From the human T2T-CHM13v2.0 reference genome, Homo sapiens, in assembly GCF_009914755.1 (NCBI RefSeq), contig NC_060935.1: DNA of 64,000 nucleotides. The stretch is one strand, 5' to 3'. This document shows, piece after piece, positions 29,035-43,296 of this stretch; positions within the stretch are counted from its first letter, which is position 1, and the number at the start of each line of letters is the position of its first letter. Both the position numbers and the translations under genes were made by a program. The notes beneath the pieces were generated by a model, which was not told the origin of the DNA, searched no databases, and saw only the letters and a list, made by a program, of their open reading frames with translations.

Positions 29035-29900
29035 AGGGGTGAACTTACCCCACCCACGCTCCCAGAGGGATGGACCTACCCCAGCCCACGCTCCCAGAGG
29101 AGGGATGGACCTACCCCCACCCACGCTCCCAGAGGAGGGATGGACCTACCCCCGCCCACGCTCCCAGAGGGATGGACCTACCCCCGCCCATGCTCCCAGA
29201 AGAGGGATGGACCTACCCCAGCCCACGCTCCCAGAGGAGGGATGGACCTACCCCCGCCCACGCTCCCAGAGGAGGGATGGACCTACCCCCGCCCACACTC
29301 CCAGAGGGATGGACCTACCCCCGCCCACGCTCCCAGAGGAGGGATGGACCTACCCCCGCCCACGCTCCCAGAAGAGGGATGGACCTACCCCAGCCCACGC
29401 TCCCAGAGGAGGGATGGACCTACCCCAGCCCACGCTCCCAGAGAGGTGGACCTACCCCAGCCCACGCTCCCGGAGGAGGGGTGGACCTACCCCAGCCCAC
29501 GCTCCCGGAGGAGGGGTGGACCTACCCCAGCCCACGCTCCCGGAGGAGGAGTGGACCTACCCCAGCCCAAGCTCCCAGAGGGGTGGACCTACCCCAGCCC
29601 AAGCTCCCAGAGGGGTGGACCTACCCCAGCCCACGCTCCCGGAGGAGGAGTGGACCTACCCCAGCCCACGCTCCCAGAGGGGTGGACCTACCCCAGCCCA
29701 AGCTCCCAGAGGGGTGGACCTACCCCAGCCCACGCTCCCAGAGAGGTGGACCTACCCCAGCCCACGCTCCCAGAGGGGTGGACCTACCCCCGCCCACGCT
29801 CCCAGAAGAGGGATGGACCTACCCCCGCCCACGCTCCCAGAGGAGGGGTGGACCTACCCCTGCCCACGCTCCCAGAGGAGGGATGGACCTGCCCCTCCCA
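29035..29900. repeat. VNTR, ~23 copies of a 36-39 bp unit (GG[A/G]TGGACCTACCCC[A/C]GCCCACGCTCCCAGAG[GAG])
   Basis: Directly visible. Confidence 0.98.
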
Positions 29901-30222
29901 TGCCCCCAGCCACACCCTCAACATGGAGACACCACCAGCCCCCAGTAACTGAAGCAGAACCTGGCAGGGAGGTCTGAGGATCCCACCACACCAATGCCGG
30001 GATTCAGTCTAGCACCACCTCTTCCAGCAGTCTTGCCTAGAAGCTGTCCCCCAAACCCGCCCTGCCCCATACCCCTCAAAGCTCCCCAGAGAGGTGGCCC
30101 GTCCCACCCACCCCAAGTAGAGTGACTATGGCCGTGGCCACACAAAACCACGTGGCAACCCCATGTCAGGGCTGTGCCATCTGCCACGTAGCCCCCAGGC
30201 ACCAGCATGGCATTAGACACAC

Positions 30223-30622
30223 TGTGAGCTGAACTGTGTCCCCTGCTCAAATCCGTATGTGGAAGTCCGAATCCCCGGGGCCTGGAAAAGTGACAGTATT
30301 GGAGACAGGGCCTTTAAAAAGGTACTTAAGGTTCCACAAGGTCTTACAGGTGGGCCCTAATGCAAGGCTGGTGTCTTTTTATCAGAAGAGGGACTCTGGA
30401 CACACAAGGGGCACCTGGGGGTGCATGCGCACAGAGGGATGATCACAGGAAGACACAGCAAGAAGGCAGCCACGTGCACGCCAGGGAGCGAGACCTCAGG
30501 AGGACCCAGCCCTGCCACACCTTGATCTTGGACAAACAGCCTCCAGGACTGTGAGACCATCAATGTCTGTCGTCTAGACTGCCAGTTCTGTGGTGCTCTG
30601 TGATGGCAGCCTGAGCTGACTC
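30223..30622 (+). mobile_element. MaLR LTR (MLT1B-like)
   Basis: gctgaactgtgtcccc...caccttgatcttggac..cagcctccaggactgtgaga. Confidence 0.8.
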
Positions 30623-31379
30623 CTCCAGTCCCCAGGACCCTCCTGATAGGTTTGTGAAACAGATGCATGGAACAAACAGATTTCTGAAAAGAACCTCCAT
30701 CTATCCAGGTTTCCTGGGATTTCCCTAATCACCATCAAACAAACACTCTGTTACCAGCCCTGCTGGCATCTCTGGATGAACTCAAGAAACGGGATCCTGC
30801 CTCTGAGTTTCCGCCCTCCACTGGTGTCACCGTCTCCTGTCCTGAGTTTCTCTCCCCGTTCAGCCAAATCCTTCCCTTTCAGACTCGCTCTACCCCAGGT
30901 CAGAACCAACTGCCTATGGTACACAAGCTCCCCTTCCTCTCACCTCAGAGGGCCTGGAGTCCACGCCTAATTCCACATCTAATTCCTTCCTAAGCTGTGC
31001 CTCCTGACTCCAGCTCTGAGAACTAATTCCATTACACATACACCCTCCAACCCTCCTCTGGACACATACATTTGTGAAATGTAACTGGATAGAACAAAAA
31101 CACACAGGTCATTTTGCTGCTGAATTTTTAAGAGGGCTTTATATGGCAGTGTCTCAGAGAAAGGGGTAAACGCAGCATTTCCCAAGTGCACTTGCCCCAG
31201 ACATTCTTTTCCCCTGGGGCTCATAAACAATCTCCCACAACAGGAAGAGAAGCTATGGTCTGAGTTGCCCATAGTCCCTTCCTTGCTACACTCAAGATCT
31301 TAGAAGCAAAAGCCAATCACATACCTACAATGCATGGCCCACTGAGGCCAGCACCCTGCCAAGTATTATCGCCTGAAAG

Positions 31380-31513
31380 AGGGATAGCATTAGGAGATAT
31401 ACCTAATGTAAATGACGAGTTAATGGGTGCAGCACACCAACATGACACATGTATACATATGTAACAAACCTGCACGTTGTGCACATGTACCCTAGAACTT
31501 AAAGTATAATAAA
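31380..31513 (+). mobile_element. L1PA (about PA4-5) 3' end, followed by (TA)n/(CA)n
   Basis: gggatagcattaggagatatacctaatg...ccctagaacttaaagtataat. Confidence 0.9.
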
Positions 31514-32544
31514 TATATATATATATACACACACATATATATAAAGACACTGACAGCAGGAACTCTGCAATGGTTCTCTATCTAAAAGAAATGGGCTCTA
31601 GGGAAATAACGGCTACTTCACACCTTCCTCTTAATGCCAAAACCAATATCCCCAAATCAGAAAACAAGCTACTAATAAATCAGATGCCTGAATTAAAATG
31701 ATACGTCACTTAAGAGCACTCCCTTAGATGAATTGCAATGCCTCACTGGTGTGTTCTATTAAGACATTGGGGTGTCCAGGTCTTGAGAAGGACTGGTGAG
31801 ATGGTACATTCATTAGGTAAGTCTATTTCTCTTCCATGCCTCAGCATTCATGTGGAAGTGTGCCGTTTTCTTGGTGGCACCAGTAACCACACCACTAATG
31901 TGGTCTGCACCGTCTTTCTTTGGCCAGACTCAACACAGCCTCCAACAGTCTCTCAGCTTCTGCTAGAAAAGCCAGAGAGAAGAGTCTGTCTGGCTTTCTA
32001 ATTGGGCCTCAGTGGGTTTCTGTCCAGGCTGCTGTAAAGAGCACATGATTTATAAAGAAGTCTTCATTTTATGACAGGTTTCCATTTCAGTTTTCTTAGA
32101 GCAGAATTCAAGGGGTTCTGGCCAGCTAGCATGAACCCACTCTTAGCCTGTTTGTGATATGCTGGCCTACCCATCTCACAGTTCTGCCGAAACCATTCAC
32201 CGTGACCAGGAAGGGAGCGACTTGCCCAAGGTAAAAGGCTTCCTGGGAGACAACCTACAGAGAAGGAAACCAATCAAGACAACAGGTCAACAAGCCCCTC
32301 CTGGGACACTGCCCCTGTGTGCAGCTCTTAAGTGTGGGTCCAACAAGGCCCTGTGTCCAGCAGGAACAAGAGGCCCAGCCACGGACAGCCTGGGGGGACA
32401 CAAACCACCCCTAGTCATGACCAAAGTCTTGGAAAACTGGGAATAGAAGAGAATTTCCCAAACTCGAACAGAGCACCTACTCAAATCCTGTAGCAAACAT
32501 CAAAAATAAGTAAGCGAACAGATAACCGAATGCATTGTTTATGG

Positions 32545-33405
32545 ACTAAAAGCAGGGAAATCATTATTTTCAGATAATATGCTTCTGTGAATAGAAAATC
32601 CAAGAAAATCTAGGGACAAATTAAATAATGTGTAACCATAAAACTAGTTAAAAAAAAGTCCAGCAAAATGCCAGATAAGAATATACAAAAGTTAAGTGAA
32701 TTGTTACATTAGCAATAAACAATTGAAAAACATTCAAAAAACACTATAATACCACCAACAATAACCAAAGTCAACTAAAAAAAAATCTAACACAATATGT
32801 ATGAGACCTTTGTGGAGAAAAGTAATACTACATAGCATTATCTTTTTGAAATAAAGAAAGAATTGAAGGTAGACCCAAATAAATGAAGAGCTATACAATG
32901 ATCATGGACATTAGGCTTTAATATCTTCAAGATGAAAATTCTCCACAAAATATAAACTTGATGTAACTTCTAATAAAACCCTGATAGGACTGTTGGTAGA
33001 ACTTAACACTCTGATCTTAAAGCTCAAAGAAGATGGAGAGCCACATAAAACCAAGATAACTCTGGAGACTAAGAGGAGACTCATTCTACCAGATGCCAAG
33101 GCTTACCAGAAAAAGTTATAATATGAAAACAGTATGGTATTAGACAAAGACAAATAGATGGATTTAAAAAGCACAGAACCTTAGGCTGGGCTTGTAAATA
33201 TCAGACTCCCATATGTGTTGGGGGAAAGAGAAGAATTAATAAACCTATGAGGCTGACACTAGCAGGTATTCACATGGAGAAGATGAGAAATAGAGCCCCA
33301 TGCCACTCCAGACACACAAACGCATTCCAGATGCACTGACTACTGTCACGTGAAAAGCAACACAACAAATCTCTAGAAGAAAAAGTAAGAGGCAATGCCT
33401 TCATG
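32545..33405 (+). mobile_element. Old L1M ORF2 remnant (continues in pieces to ~35130)
   Basis: A-rich L1 ORF2-like sequence (ttattttcagataatatg...aaaacagtatggtatt). Confidence 0.6.
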
Positions 33406-33444
33406 TAAGGTCCCTAAGACGGGATTCTGGCTTCTCAATAAATG

Positions 33445-33945
33445 CTGCTTTATTGCTGTGTAAGAAGATAGCACAGACTTAGTGGGTTAGAGCAACAGAA
33501 ATGTGCAGCAATGTACTCTCATCACGCTGAGGTCAGAAGTCCTAAATGAGTTTATGGGGCTAAAGCCAAGGTGTTGTCAGAGCTGGCTCCTTCTCAAGAT
33601 TCTGGGGAACAATCCACTTCCTTGCCTTTCTCGCATGTTGGTGGTGACCTGTACTCTGACACTCATGGCCCCTTCCTCCAATTTCAAAGTGGGTCACTCC
33701 TATCTCAGCTTCCACCTTCACATCACCATCTCCTCTTCTGCAGCCAAATCTCCCTCTTAAAAATAATGACCCTTGTGATGACATTCAGGGCCCACCTGGA
33801 TAACCCAAGATAATTCCTCCCATCTCAAGATCCTTAACTTCATCACATCTGCAAAGCTCCTTTTGCCATATGAGGTCACACATTCAGAGGTACCAGAGAC
33901 TAGAACCTGAATATCTTTGGGGGCCATTAATTAGCCAGCCACAAA
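33445..33945 (-). mobile_element. MaLR LTR (MLT1D/E-like)
   Basis: gggcccacctggataacccaagataat...atcacatctgcaaag..ttttgccat. Confidence 0.75.
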
Positions 33946-34071
33946 TATGTTCAATTGTTATTTGCTCAATAAAACAAGGCGAGAAAAAAAGTGTTTCTTT
34001 CTACAAGGCATCGGGTACAAGGCATGAAGGGACAGACAAATTAGACAATGTAAAAGTTAAGACTTCCATCA

Positions 34072-34385
<314 letters not shown>

Positions 34386-34684
34386 GACACCTGAAAGGGA
34401 CCTTTACAACATAGGACAGAGCGCTGTGGAAAATCTGGGAAGAATTCCTACAGGGCAAAAAAGAAACAATTCCAGATGCAAATGGGTACAGTCCATCGCA
34501 GGGGACACCTGAAGGGCTAGTTGGCATGGGAGAACACATCCCAAAGGTACCAGGAAAACAAGCAATGCCAAGGCCCACAGTGAAAATGCAGTCCCAGGAT
34601 GGGGAAGGGAATGCAAAGTGGGACTGCTCCGGAGGCTCCTGGGGACTCTGTCATCCCCCCTTAAAGCAGCCCTCAAATTCTCAC

Positions 34685-35085
34685 TGCTACGAACTGAACT
34701 GTCTCCCTCTAAAATTCATATGCTAAGGCCCTAACCCCCAATGTGATGGTATTTGGAGGTAGGACCTTTAAGAGGTAATTCAGGTTATGAGAATACAAGG
34801 GTGGGGTCCTGATCCCATAGGACTAGCATCCCTATAAAGAAAGGAAGAAACATCAGAGAGCCAGCATGCGTGTTCACGTGTGGTCATGCATTCCCATCTC
34901 CCTGCAACCAACCATGTGTGGACACAGTCAGAAGGTAACCCTCTGCAAGCCAGGAAGCAGTCCCTCAATGGGAGCTGAATCAGCCAGCTTCTTGATCTCA
35001 GATGTCCAGCCTCCAGAAAGGTGAGAAAATAAATTTCTGCTAAGTCATCCTATCTATTCTGTTATAGCCTGAGCTGCCCAAGACA
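34685..35085 (+). mobile_element. MaLR LTR (MLT1A-like)
   Basis: tgctacgaactgaactgt...aaaattcatatg..ccctaacccccaatgtgatggtatttggagg. Confidence 0.8.
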
Positions 35086-35388
35086 CCCACCTTCTACAAC
35101 ATCATGTGTAAAACATAACAGAGTTGATGGGGAAAAAGTTGAGGAGGCCACTCCAACGTATGCCATTTTGTCCCCAGAGCCCTGCAGAAACCAGGAAAAT
35201 CCCTGCTGGGTTATTTCAGCTCCAGCAATGACACCTTAAATGACAGTCCACGTTGGCAGCCTTCATCCCTGGGCTGCTGAGCCTCCTGAGACATGTCTGT
35301 CTCCAAAGAAGATGGCTTCCAATAGAAACCAGTTGCCTCAAAACTGAAAACTAAGTTTGCAGACAGCCTTCTTTAAGAAGTTTACTTT

Positions 35389-36298
35389 TGTTAACCAGAA
35401 ATAAAATTCTAAGTCCACCACCAACTGAATGGATCCCCCAGCTGCTCTTTGCCAAAGGCATTCCAAAGTAAAACTGAAAAACTAGTTCAAGGTATGATGG
35501 GAAGTGGGGATTGAACATGCCTCATTATATCTGCCTCCCTTTGGAATTCAGGCACAACTGACCAGCATTAACATTAAAACAAGAGATCTCAAGATGGACA
35601 AAATGGACTCTTTGTAGCAATAAGATACCAAATTCCAACCTGACTCTAGTATAGCATCACATGATAGACAGCAGGTCCTGAAAGAAAACAACGTATTTTT
35701 TTACCAAGATATATTTCTTTGACATATTTTGAAATGGCCCTGAAAAGCTGTCTCTTGTGGGGAAAATTTACACTCTATAGAGAATCCCCTTCCCTTTCCA
35801 AGTCTCTTCCTGATCCAGGAGAGATTAACTAAGAGCCTGGCATCTTTTTAGATCTGTTAAGAGACATTTACCCTCTATTCTCCCTGAAGTCTGCTACCTG
35901 TAAGCTTCTTCCACATAATAAGAACCTTGGTCTCCAACCCCTTATCTTAACCCAGACATTCCTTTCTATTGATTCCAGGTCTTTACATAATAACAACTCT
36001 TTCAACCAATTGCCAATCAGAAAATCTCTGAATCTACCTATGACCTGGAAACCCTCCCCTGACTCCACTTTGTGTTGTCCCACCTTTTTGGACTGAACCA
36101 ATGTACACCTTACATGTACTCATTGATGTCTGCCTATAACTTCTACCCCCTAAAATGTATAAAATCAAGCTGCAACCCAACTACCTTGGGCACATGTTCT
36201 CAGACCTCTGGGACTATAAAATGGGCCTTAGTCACTCACATTTGGCTCAGAATAAACCTCTTTAAATATTTTACAGAGTTGACTATTTTTCATTGGCA
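35389..36298 (+). mobile_element. ERV1 solo LTR (MER4D-like)
   Basis: tgttaaccagaaataaaattctaag ... tttggctcagaataaacctctttaaatattttacagag; TG..CA ends. Confidence 0.8.
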
Positions 36299-36525
36299 TT
36301 TTCTTAGACACAGGAGGAAATGTCTTCACAGTCTGTCCACAGGCAGGGCAGCATCCTCAAATCTGGTAGACAGTGTGGAGGCTCCCTAAGCCATTGCAAC
36401 AGCCTCTCCTTACACTGAATGAGACACCCCTGTAGCATTTTCTGCTTTTTGTTCTGGAGCATCACATGATCTCAATGGACACTTGGTGAATTAACCAATG
36501 AACTGGAAACAGCTTAAATGCCACT

Positions 36526-36893
36526 GTCTTATTCTACTTTTTGTTGCTATAACAAGATACCATAGGCTGGGTTATTTATAAAGAAAAGAAGTATATTTCT
36601 TACAGCTCTGGATGCTGAGAAACTCAAGAGCATGGTGTGGCATCTGGTGAGGACCTTCTTGCTGCATCATGATGTGGCAAAGGGCATCACATGGTGAGAG
36701 GGTGAGATCATGCATGTAGCTCTGGTCTCTCTTCCTCTTCTATTGAAGCCATAAGTCCCATCATGGGGACCCCATGCTGACGACCTTATTTAATCCCAAT
36801 TACCTCCCAAAGGCCCCACCTCCAATCAACAGATGAATTTGGGGATCAAGCTTCCAACACATGAAATTTGAGGAACATGTTCAAACCATAGCA
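36526..36893 (-). mobile_element. MaLR solo LTR (MST-like) with 5-bp TSD gccac
   Basis: gccac|tgtctt...catagca|gccac. Confidence 0.85.
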
Positions 36894-37185
36894 GCCACCA
36901 ACAGGAAACTAAGTAAATGATTGTATAGTAATATCAGGTAAAATTATAGAACAGTGAAGACAAATCAAGTAACATACGTTGGCATGTGACAGTGAAATGG
37001 GGAAATGTCAATTGCAAAAGAATAGATACATTTATCTAAACACTTTCATACATGAATTAAAAATATAGATGGCAATGGCTATCTTCACCTATCTATAGCC
37101 CAACTTCAAAACAGTGATTACTGCTTCAAAACAGGGAAAACTGATGAGAACAAGTGGCAGTTATCTCAAAATAAATAAATATATA

Positions 37186-37683
<498 letters not shown>

Positions 37684-39360
37684 TTCACTAAAAATAAAAA
37701 CTTTAGAAATTAGATGACCATGGCACAGGGTCTGCCTGTAATGGTCTTTCCAGTGCAAGCCCTTGATAAATCAAATCTATTCATTTTGGAAGCTGGACAG
37801 ATGTGCTTGTGGGGGGATCTCAGTGGGTGAGAACACGGCAGGCCGTGCTGCTGCAGGGAGGCAGAGCTGATGCTTCTTGAGGGCTTCCTGCACATCAGCC
37901 TACCAGCTAGGCCTACATTTTAGTATCTCTTGTCAGTCCCAGGAGAATGTGATAGGAGGGCATTGTGACTTCCCCTTATCTGATAGATAAGGAGCCTTAG
38001 AAGATAAGCTCCTGGTCCATCACAGCCAGAAAGAGAGGCAGCTCACACTCAATCCAAATTCAAGATTCTCCAGACGATTTTCAAAAGATAGTTTGCTTGT
38101 GCAAAAAGGAGCTCAGTGGAAACTGCCCCAAAAGATTGCAGTGTGAGCTCTTAGAGGAGTGAAATTCGGATCAATTCACTCCCCATCCTTTCACGCAAAT
38201 CACACACCCTCTTCAACAGGGAGGCTGGAGGAAGACAGAAGGAAGAATGCAAAATATCTATACATGCGTGCTTTTTATTGTGCACTTCTAAATTAATAGG
38301 CTTTATTTTTCTAGAGCAGGTTTAGGTGTATAGGAAACTCAGCTGATAGTACAGAGAGTTCCCACTGATCTAGTTCCTAGTTTGTAGTCTGTCTGCTCTA
38401 ACAAACCTGTTGCACTTAGGATCTAAAAGGAAATGTAAAATCAAAATACAACCCTCCCAGATGCCAGTGGTCTCCAAATTTTCAGGTACCCTGTGTTTGT
38501 TCCTCAGCCTCCCCACAGTTGACTTGGGTCCATCTGGAGAGTTCTGGCTCCTGGGTTGTGAATGCAAGGGAGGGGTGTGGCAGTCAAGACTAGCCACTAA
38601 AATCATCCCCAGGTACAAGCCAAGTTCTTAAAATCCCAGTACCTGGCAGTGGAGGGCTGGGGGATTAACTGGCCTTTGAAGATTAAATATCACAGCACAT
38701 TGCATCTCAGCAGTGTCTGTCTAGGCAGAGAGGCTTTGGCATTAAACAGACCCAGCAACCTAGGCCACTGCAGAGAAGACAGAAGCATGACCGGGTTCTA
38801 TTCCAGCTCCAGACCCAACACCAGAGCAGCCACAGAATAACCCAGCGGGCCCCAGTGTCCCCAGTGAGGGGCTGACCGCAGGGTGACCCACCTAAGACAC
38901 CTCCAATTCACAATGGGGCCTCATGACAGCTGCCGCACCTTCTAAACTATGGGTTACCAGAAACTAAGTTAAATTACTGTGTCTAGGAACTGGGAACATC
39001 ACACAACAAAATCACACAGCTCTGAGACCTCTATGGAGCGATGAAATGTCACTGGTAAACGGAGATGTGCCTGTTACTAAACATATTTAGTGTATAGATG
39101 TTCTTGTACACTAAACAGATTTCAAATCAAGGGTAAGAACTCTCGACAGCTTTCTGTGCCATACCCAATTCCATCAAACGCCGGCCTCAGGCATCTATCT
39201 GTTGGGGGCCTAGGAGAGACGCCAAGTCCTTGAGTCTGAAGGGCACTTTCCAGTCACCTGCTTGGGGACGGCTATGACTCCACCATGAGTGGGGCTGTGG
39301 CTACTCCATCCTGCCATCATCTGTAATGACAGTATTTAAGCTGGAGGTGGGTTCCTTTAA

Positions 39361-39873
<513 letters not shown>

Positions 39874-40868
39874 TAGGACGCTATGCTGTGCAGCAGCCCC
39901 ACAGCCTCAAGGCCCCTACAGCATGAAGAATGAAGCCCGAACACCAAGCGGGAAGGCTGTTGTCGCTTCTCTCTGCGAAGCCTGGTCAAACCCTACAGCG
40001 AGATCATTCATCCCAGAAATCTTCCTCCTGGGAACTTCTCAGCCCTTGAGATTTGGATGCCAGGGGTTGCCGGGGGACCTGGTAATCATTCACCTTGAAA
40101 TACCCCCAAGTGAAACAGGGGCTCAGCCAAGGTTGAGAACTGGCAACATCTTTTACGTGGTGTAGTCATGTAACCTTTTCTCAGGAGCAGAGACACGTCT
40201 CATCCTCGGGCCTCCCTCCTGGAACGCTTCCCGGCTGATCTCACAGTCCAGCCCCACCAACTCCTCAGGACCCAGTGTAGACCATGTCCGGGGAGCACCC
40301 TCCATGAGCACTCTGTCAGGAAGCCATCTCCTCCATCCTCTGCTGAGCGTGAGTGGAGGACAACTCTCCAACCTCCCGCGTGCTGCACAGACAGACGAAT
40401 GTGAGTGTCCACACGCCCCCCAGCCTGGACCGACACCAACAAGCACACACTACTGCTCACCTGGTGTCAGCCCTTCCCTTGAAGGAGGCTCCTGGCAAAA
40501 AGGCAGGGATGACAGGACAGACTGGGGGTTCCACAGATCAAAACTACACAGGCCAAGCACCAAAGCAGGTGCCGTCCAGGTACTGGGTCACCTCGCTTCA
40601 CCCTCTCACGGATGTCCTGGAACAAAAGGTCTGCAACAGATAGTCTGTGGGCTGTGCCACAAAGACGCCAGAGACGGGCAGACAGGACCTCTGAGTGGGA
40701 AGAGAATTTGAGCACTGGAAGGATCTAGGTAAGGACAAGCCAAGAAATTAACCGGACAGCTACTTCTTTCCAGACAGCAAGAATGCAGTGAATTCTCATA
40801 CAGCAATGCAGCACACCCCGGTATTACAAGACATGACTTTTCTTGGTTTACCTTCCAATCCACACGTC

Positions 40869-41177
40869 TTTTTTTTCTTTTCTTTTTTTTTTGAGATGGA
40901 GTTTCGCTCTTGTTGCCCAGGCTGCAGTGCAGTGGCATGATCTCGGCTCATTGCAACCTCCACCTCCCAAGGTTCAAACGATTCTCCTGCCTCAGCCTCC
41001 CGAGTAGCTGGGATTACAGGCTCCTGCCACCACACCCGGCTAATTTTTGTATTTTTTAGTAGAGACAGGATTTCACCATGTTGGCCAGGCTGGTTATGAA
41101 CTCCTGACCTCAAGTGATCTGCCCTCCTCAGCCTCCCAAAGTGCTGGGATTACAGGCGTGAGCCACCACACCGGGCC
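40869..41177 (-). mobile_element. Alu (AluSq-like)
   Basis: Reverse-complement Alu; TSD ccacacgtct/ccacacttct. Confidence 0.95.
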
Positions 41178-41186
41178 CACACTTCT

Positions 41187-43226
41187 TTTTTTTTTTTTTT
41201 TTAATTGATCATTCTTGGGTGTTTCTCGCAGAGGGGGATTTGGCAGGGTCACAGGACAATAGTGGAGGGAAGGTCAACAGATAAACAAGTGAACAAAGGT
41301 CTCTGGTTTTCCTAGGCAGAGGACCCTGCGGCCTTCCGCAGTGTTTGTGTCCCTGGGTACTTGAGATTAGGGAGTGGTGATGACTCTTAAGGAGCATGCT
41401 GCCTTCAAGCATCTGTTTAACAAAGCACATCTTGCACTGCCCTTAATCCATTTAACCCTGAGTGGACACAGCACATGTTTCAGATAGCACAGGGTTGGGG
41501 GTAAGGTCACAGATCAACAGGATCCCAAGGCAGAAGAATTTTTCTTAGTACAGAACAAAATGAAAAGTCTCCCACGTCTACCTCTTTCTACACAGACACG
41601 GCAACCATCCGATTCTCAATCTTTTCCCCACCTTTCCCCCCTTTCTATTCTACAAAACCACCATTGTCATCATGGCCCATTCTCAATGAGCTGTTGGGTA
41701 CACCTCCCAGACGGGGTGGTGGCCGGGCAGAGGGGCTCACTTCCCAGTAGGGGCGGCCGGGCAGAGGCGCCCCTCACCTCCCGGACAGGGCGGCTGGCCG
41801 GGCGGGGGGCTGACCCCCCCCACCTCCCTCCCAGACGGGGCGGCTGGCCGGGCAGAGGGGCTCCTCACTTCCCAGTAGGGGCGGCCGGGCAGAGGCGCCC
41901 CTCACCTCCCAGACAGGGCGGCTGGCCGGGCGGGGGGCTGACCCCCCCACCTCCCTCCCGGACGGGGCGGCTGGCCGGGCAGAGGGACTCCTCACTTCCC
42001 AGTAGGGGCGGCCGGGAAGAGGCGCCCCTCACTTCCCGGACAGGACAGCTGGCCGGGCGGGGGGCTGACCCCTCCACCTCCCTCCTGGACGGAGCGGCTG
42101 GCCGGGCAGAGGGGCTCCTCACTTCCCAGTAGGGGCGGCCGGGCAGAGGCGTCCCTCACCTCCCGGACGGGGCGGCTGGCCGGGCGGGGGGCTGATCCCC
42201 CCACCTCCCTCCCGGACGGGGCAGCCGGCCAGGCAGAGGGGCTCCTCAGTTCCCAGTAGGGGCGGCCGGGCAGAGGCGCCCCTCACCTCCCGGACAGGGC
42301 GGCTGTCCGGGCGGGGGGCTGACCCCCCTACCTCCCTGCCGGACGAGGTGGCTGCCGGGCAGAGAAGCTCCTCACTTCCCAGACGGGGTGGCTGCTGGGC
42401 GGAGGGGCTCCTCACTTCTCAGACGGGGCGGCTGCCAGGCGGAGGGGCTCCTCACTTCTCAGACGGGGCGGTTGCCGGGCGGAGGGGCTCCTCACTTCTC
42501 AGACGGGGCGGTTGCCAGGCAGAGGGTCTCCTCACTTCTCAGACGGGGTGGCCGGGCAGAGACGCTCCTCACATCCCGCACGGGGCGGCAGGGCAGAGGT
42601 GCTCCCCACATCTCAGACGATGGGCGGCTGGGCAGAGACGCTCCTCACTTCCCAGATGGGATGGCGGCTGGGAAGAGGCACTCCTCACTTCCTAGATGGG
42701 ATGGCGGCCGGGCAGAGACGCTCCTCACTTTCCAGACTGGGCAGCCAGGCAGAGGGGCTCCTCACATCCCAGACGATGGGCGGCCGGGCAGAGACGCTCC
42801 TCACTTCCCAGACGGGGTGGCGGCCGGGCAGAGGCTGCAATCTCGGCACCTTGGGAGGCCAAGGCAGGCTGCTGGGAGGTGAAGGTTGTAGCGAGCCGAG
42901 ATCACGCCACTGCACTCCAGCCTGGGCACCATTGAGCACGGAGTGAACGAGACTCCGTCTGCAATCCCGGCACTTCAGGATGCCGAGGCTGGCGGATCAC
43001 TCGCAGTTAGGAGCTGGAGACCAGCCCAGCCAACACAGCGAAACCCTGTCTCCACCAAAAAAATACGAAAACCAGTCAGGCGTGGCGGCGTGCGCCTGCA
43101 ATCACAGGCAGTCGGCAGGCTGAGGCAGGAGAATCAGGCAGCAGTACCGTCCAGCTTCAGCTCGGCATCAGAGGGAGACCGTGGAGAGAGGGAGAGGGAG
43201 ACCATGGGGAGAGGGAGAGGGAGAGG
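41187..43226 (-). mobile_element. SVA retrotransposon, essentially full length (subfamily probably B-D)
   Basis: poly(T) to ~41202; SINE-R ~41205-41700; GC-rich VNTR ~41700-42830; Alu-like ~42830-43180; short (GGGAGA)n hexamer; TSD gcccacacttct at 41175 and 43227. Confidence 0.97.
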
Positions 43227-43296
43227 GCCCACACTTCTAAAAGTAATCAATATTCACAACAGTGGCAGGTAGCATCTAGGGACCATTTGACAACAC

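Noticed and set aside
29035-29900. CRISPR-like appearance of regularly spaced repeats (also 61669-62040 and 20089-20239)
   Set aside because: Head-to-tail tandem units without unique spacers, no cas genes, primate DNA
28771-29977. Long ORFs (393, 312 and 292 aa) in three + frames
   Set aside because: They are produced by a VNTR unit lacking stop codons, are antisense to SHANK2 and have no supporting splice or promoter context
41560-43272. Multiple GC-rich ORFs and a CpG-island-like stretch
   Set aside because: Entirely SVA VNTR and Alu-like sequence
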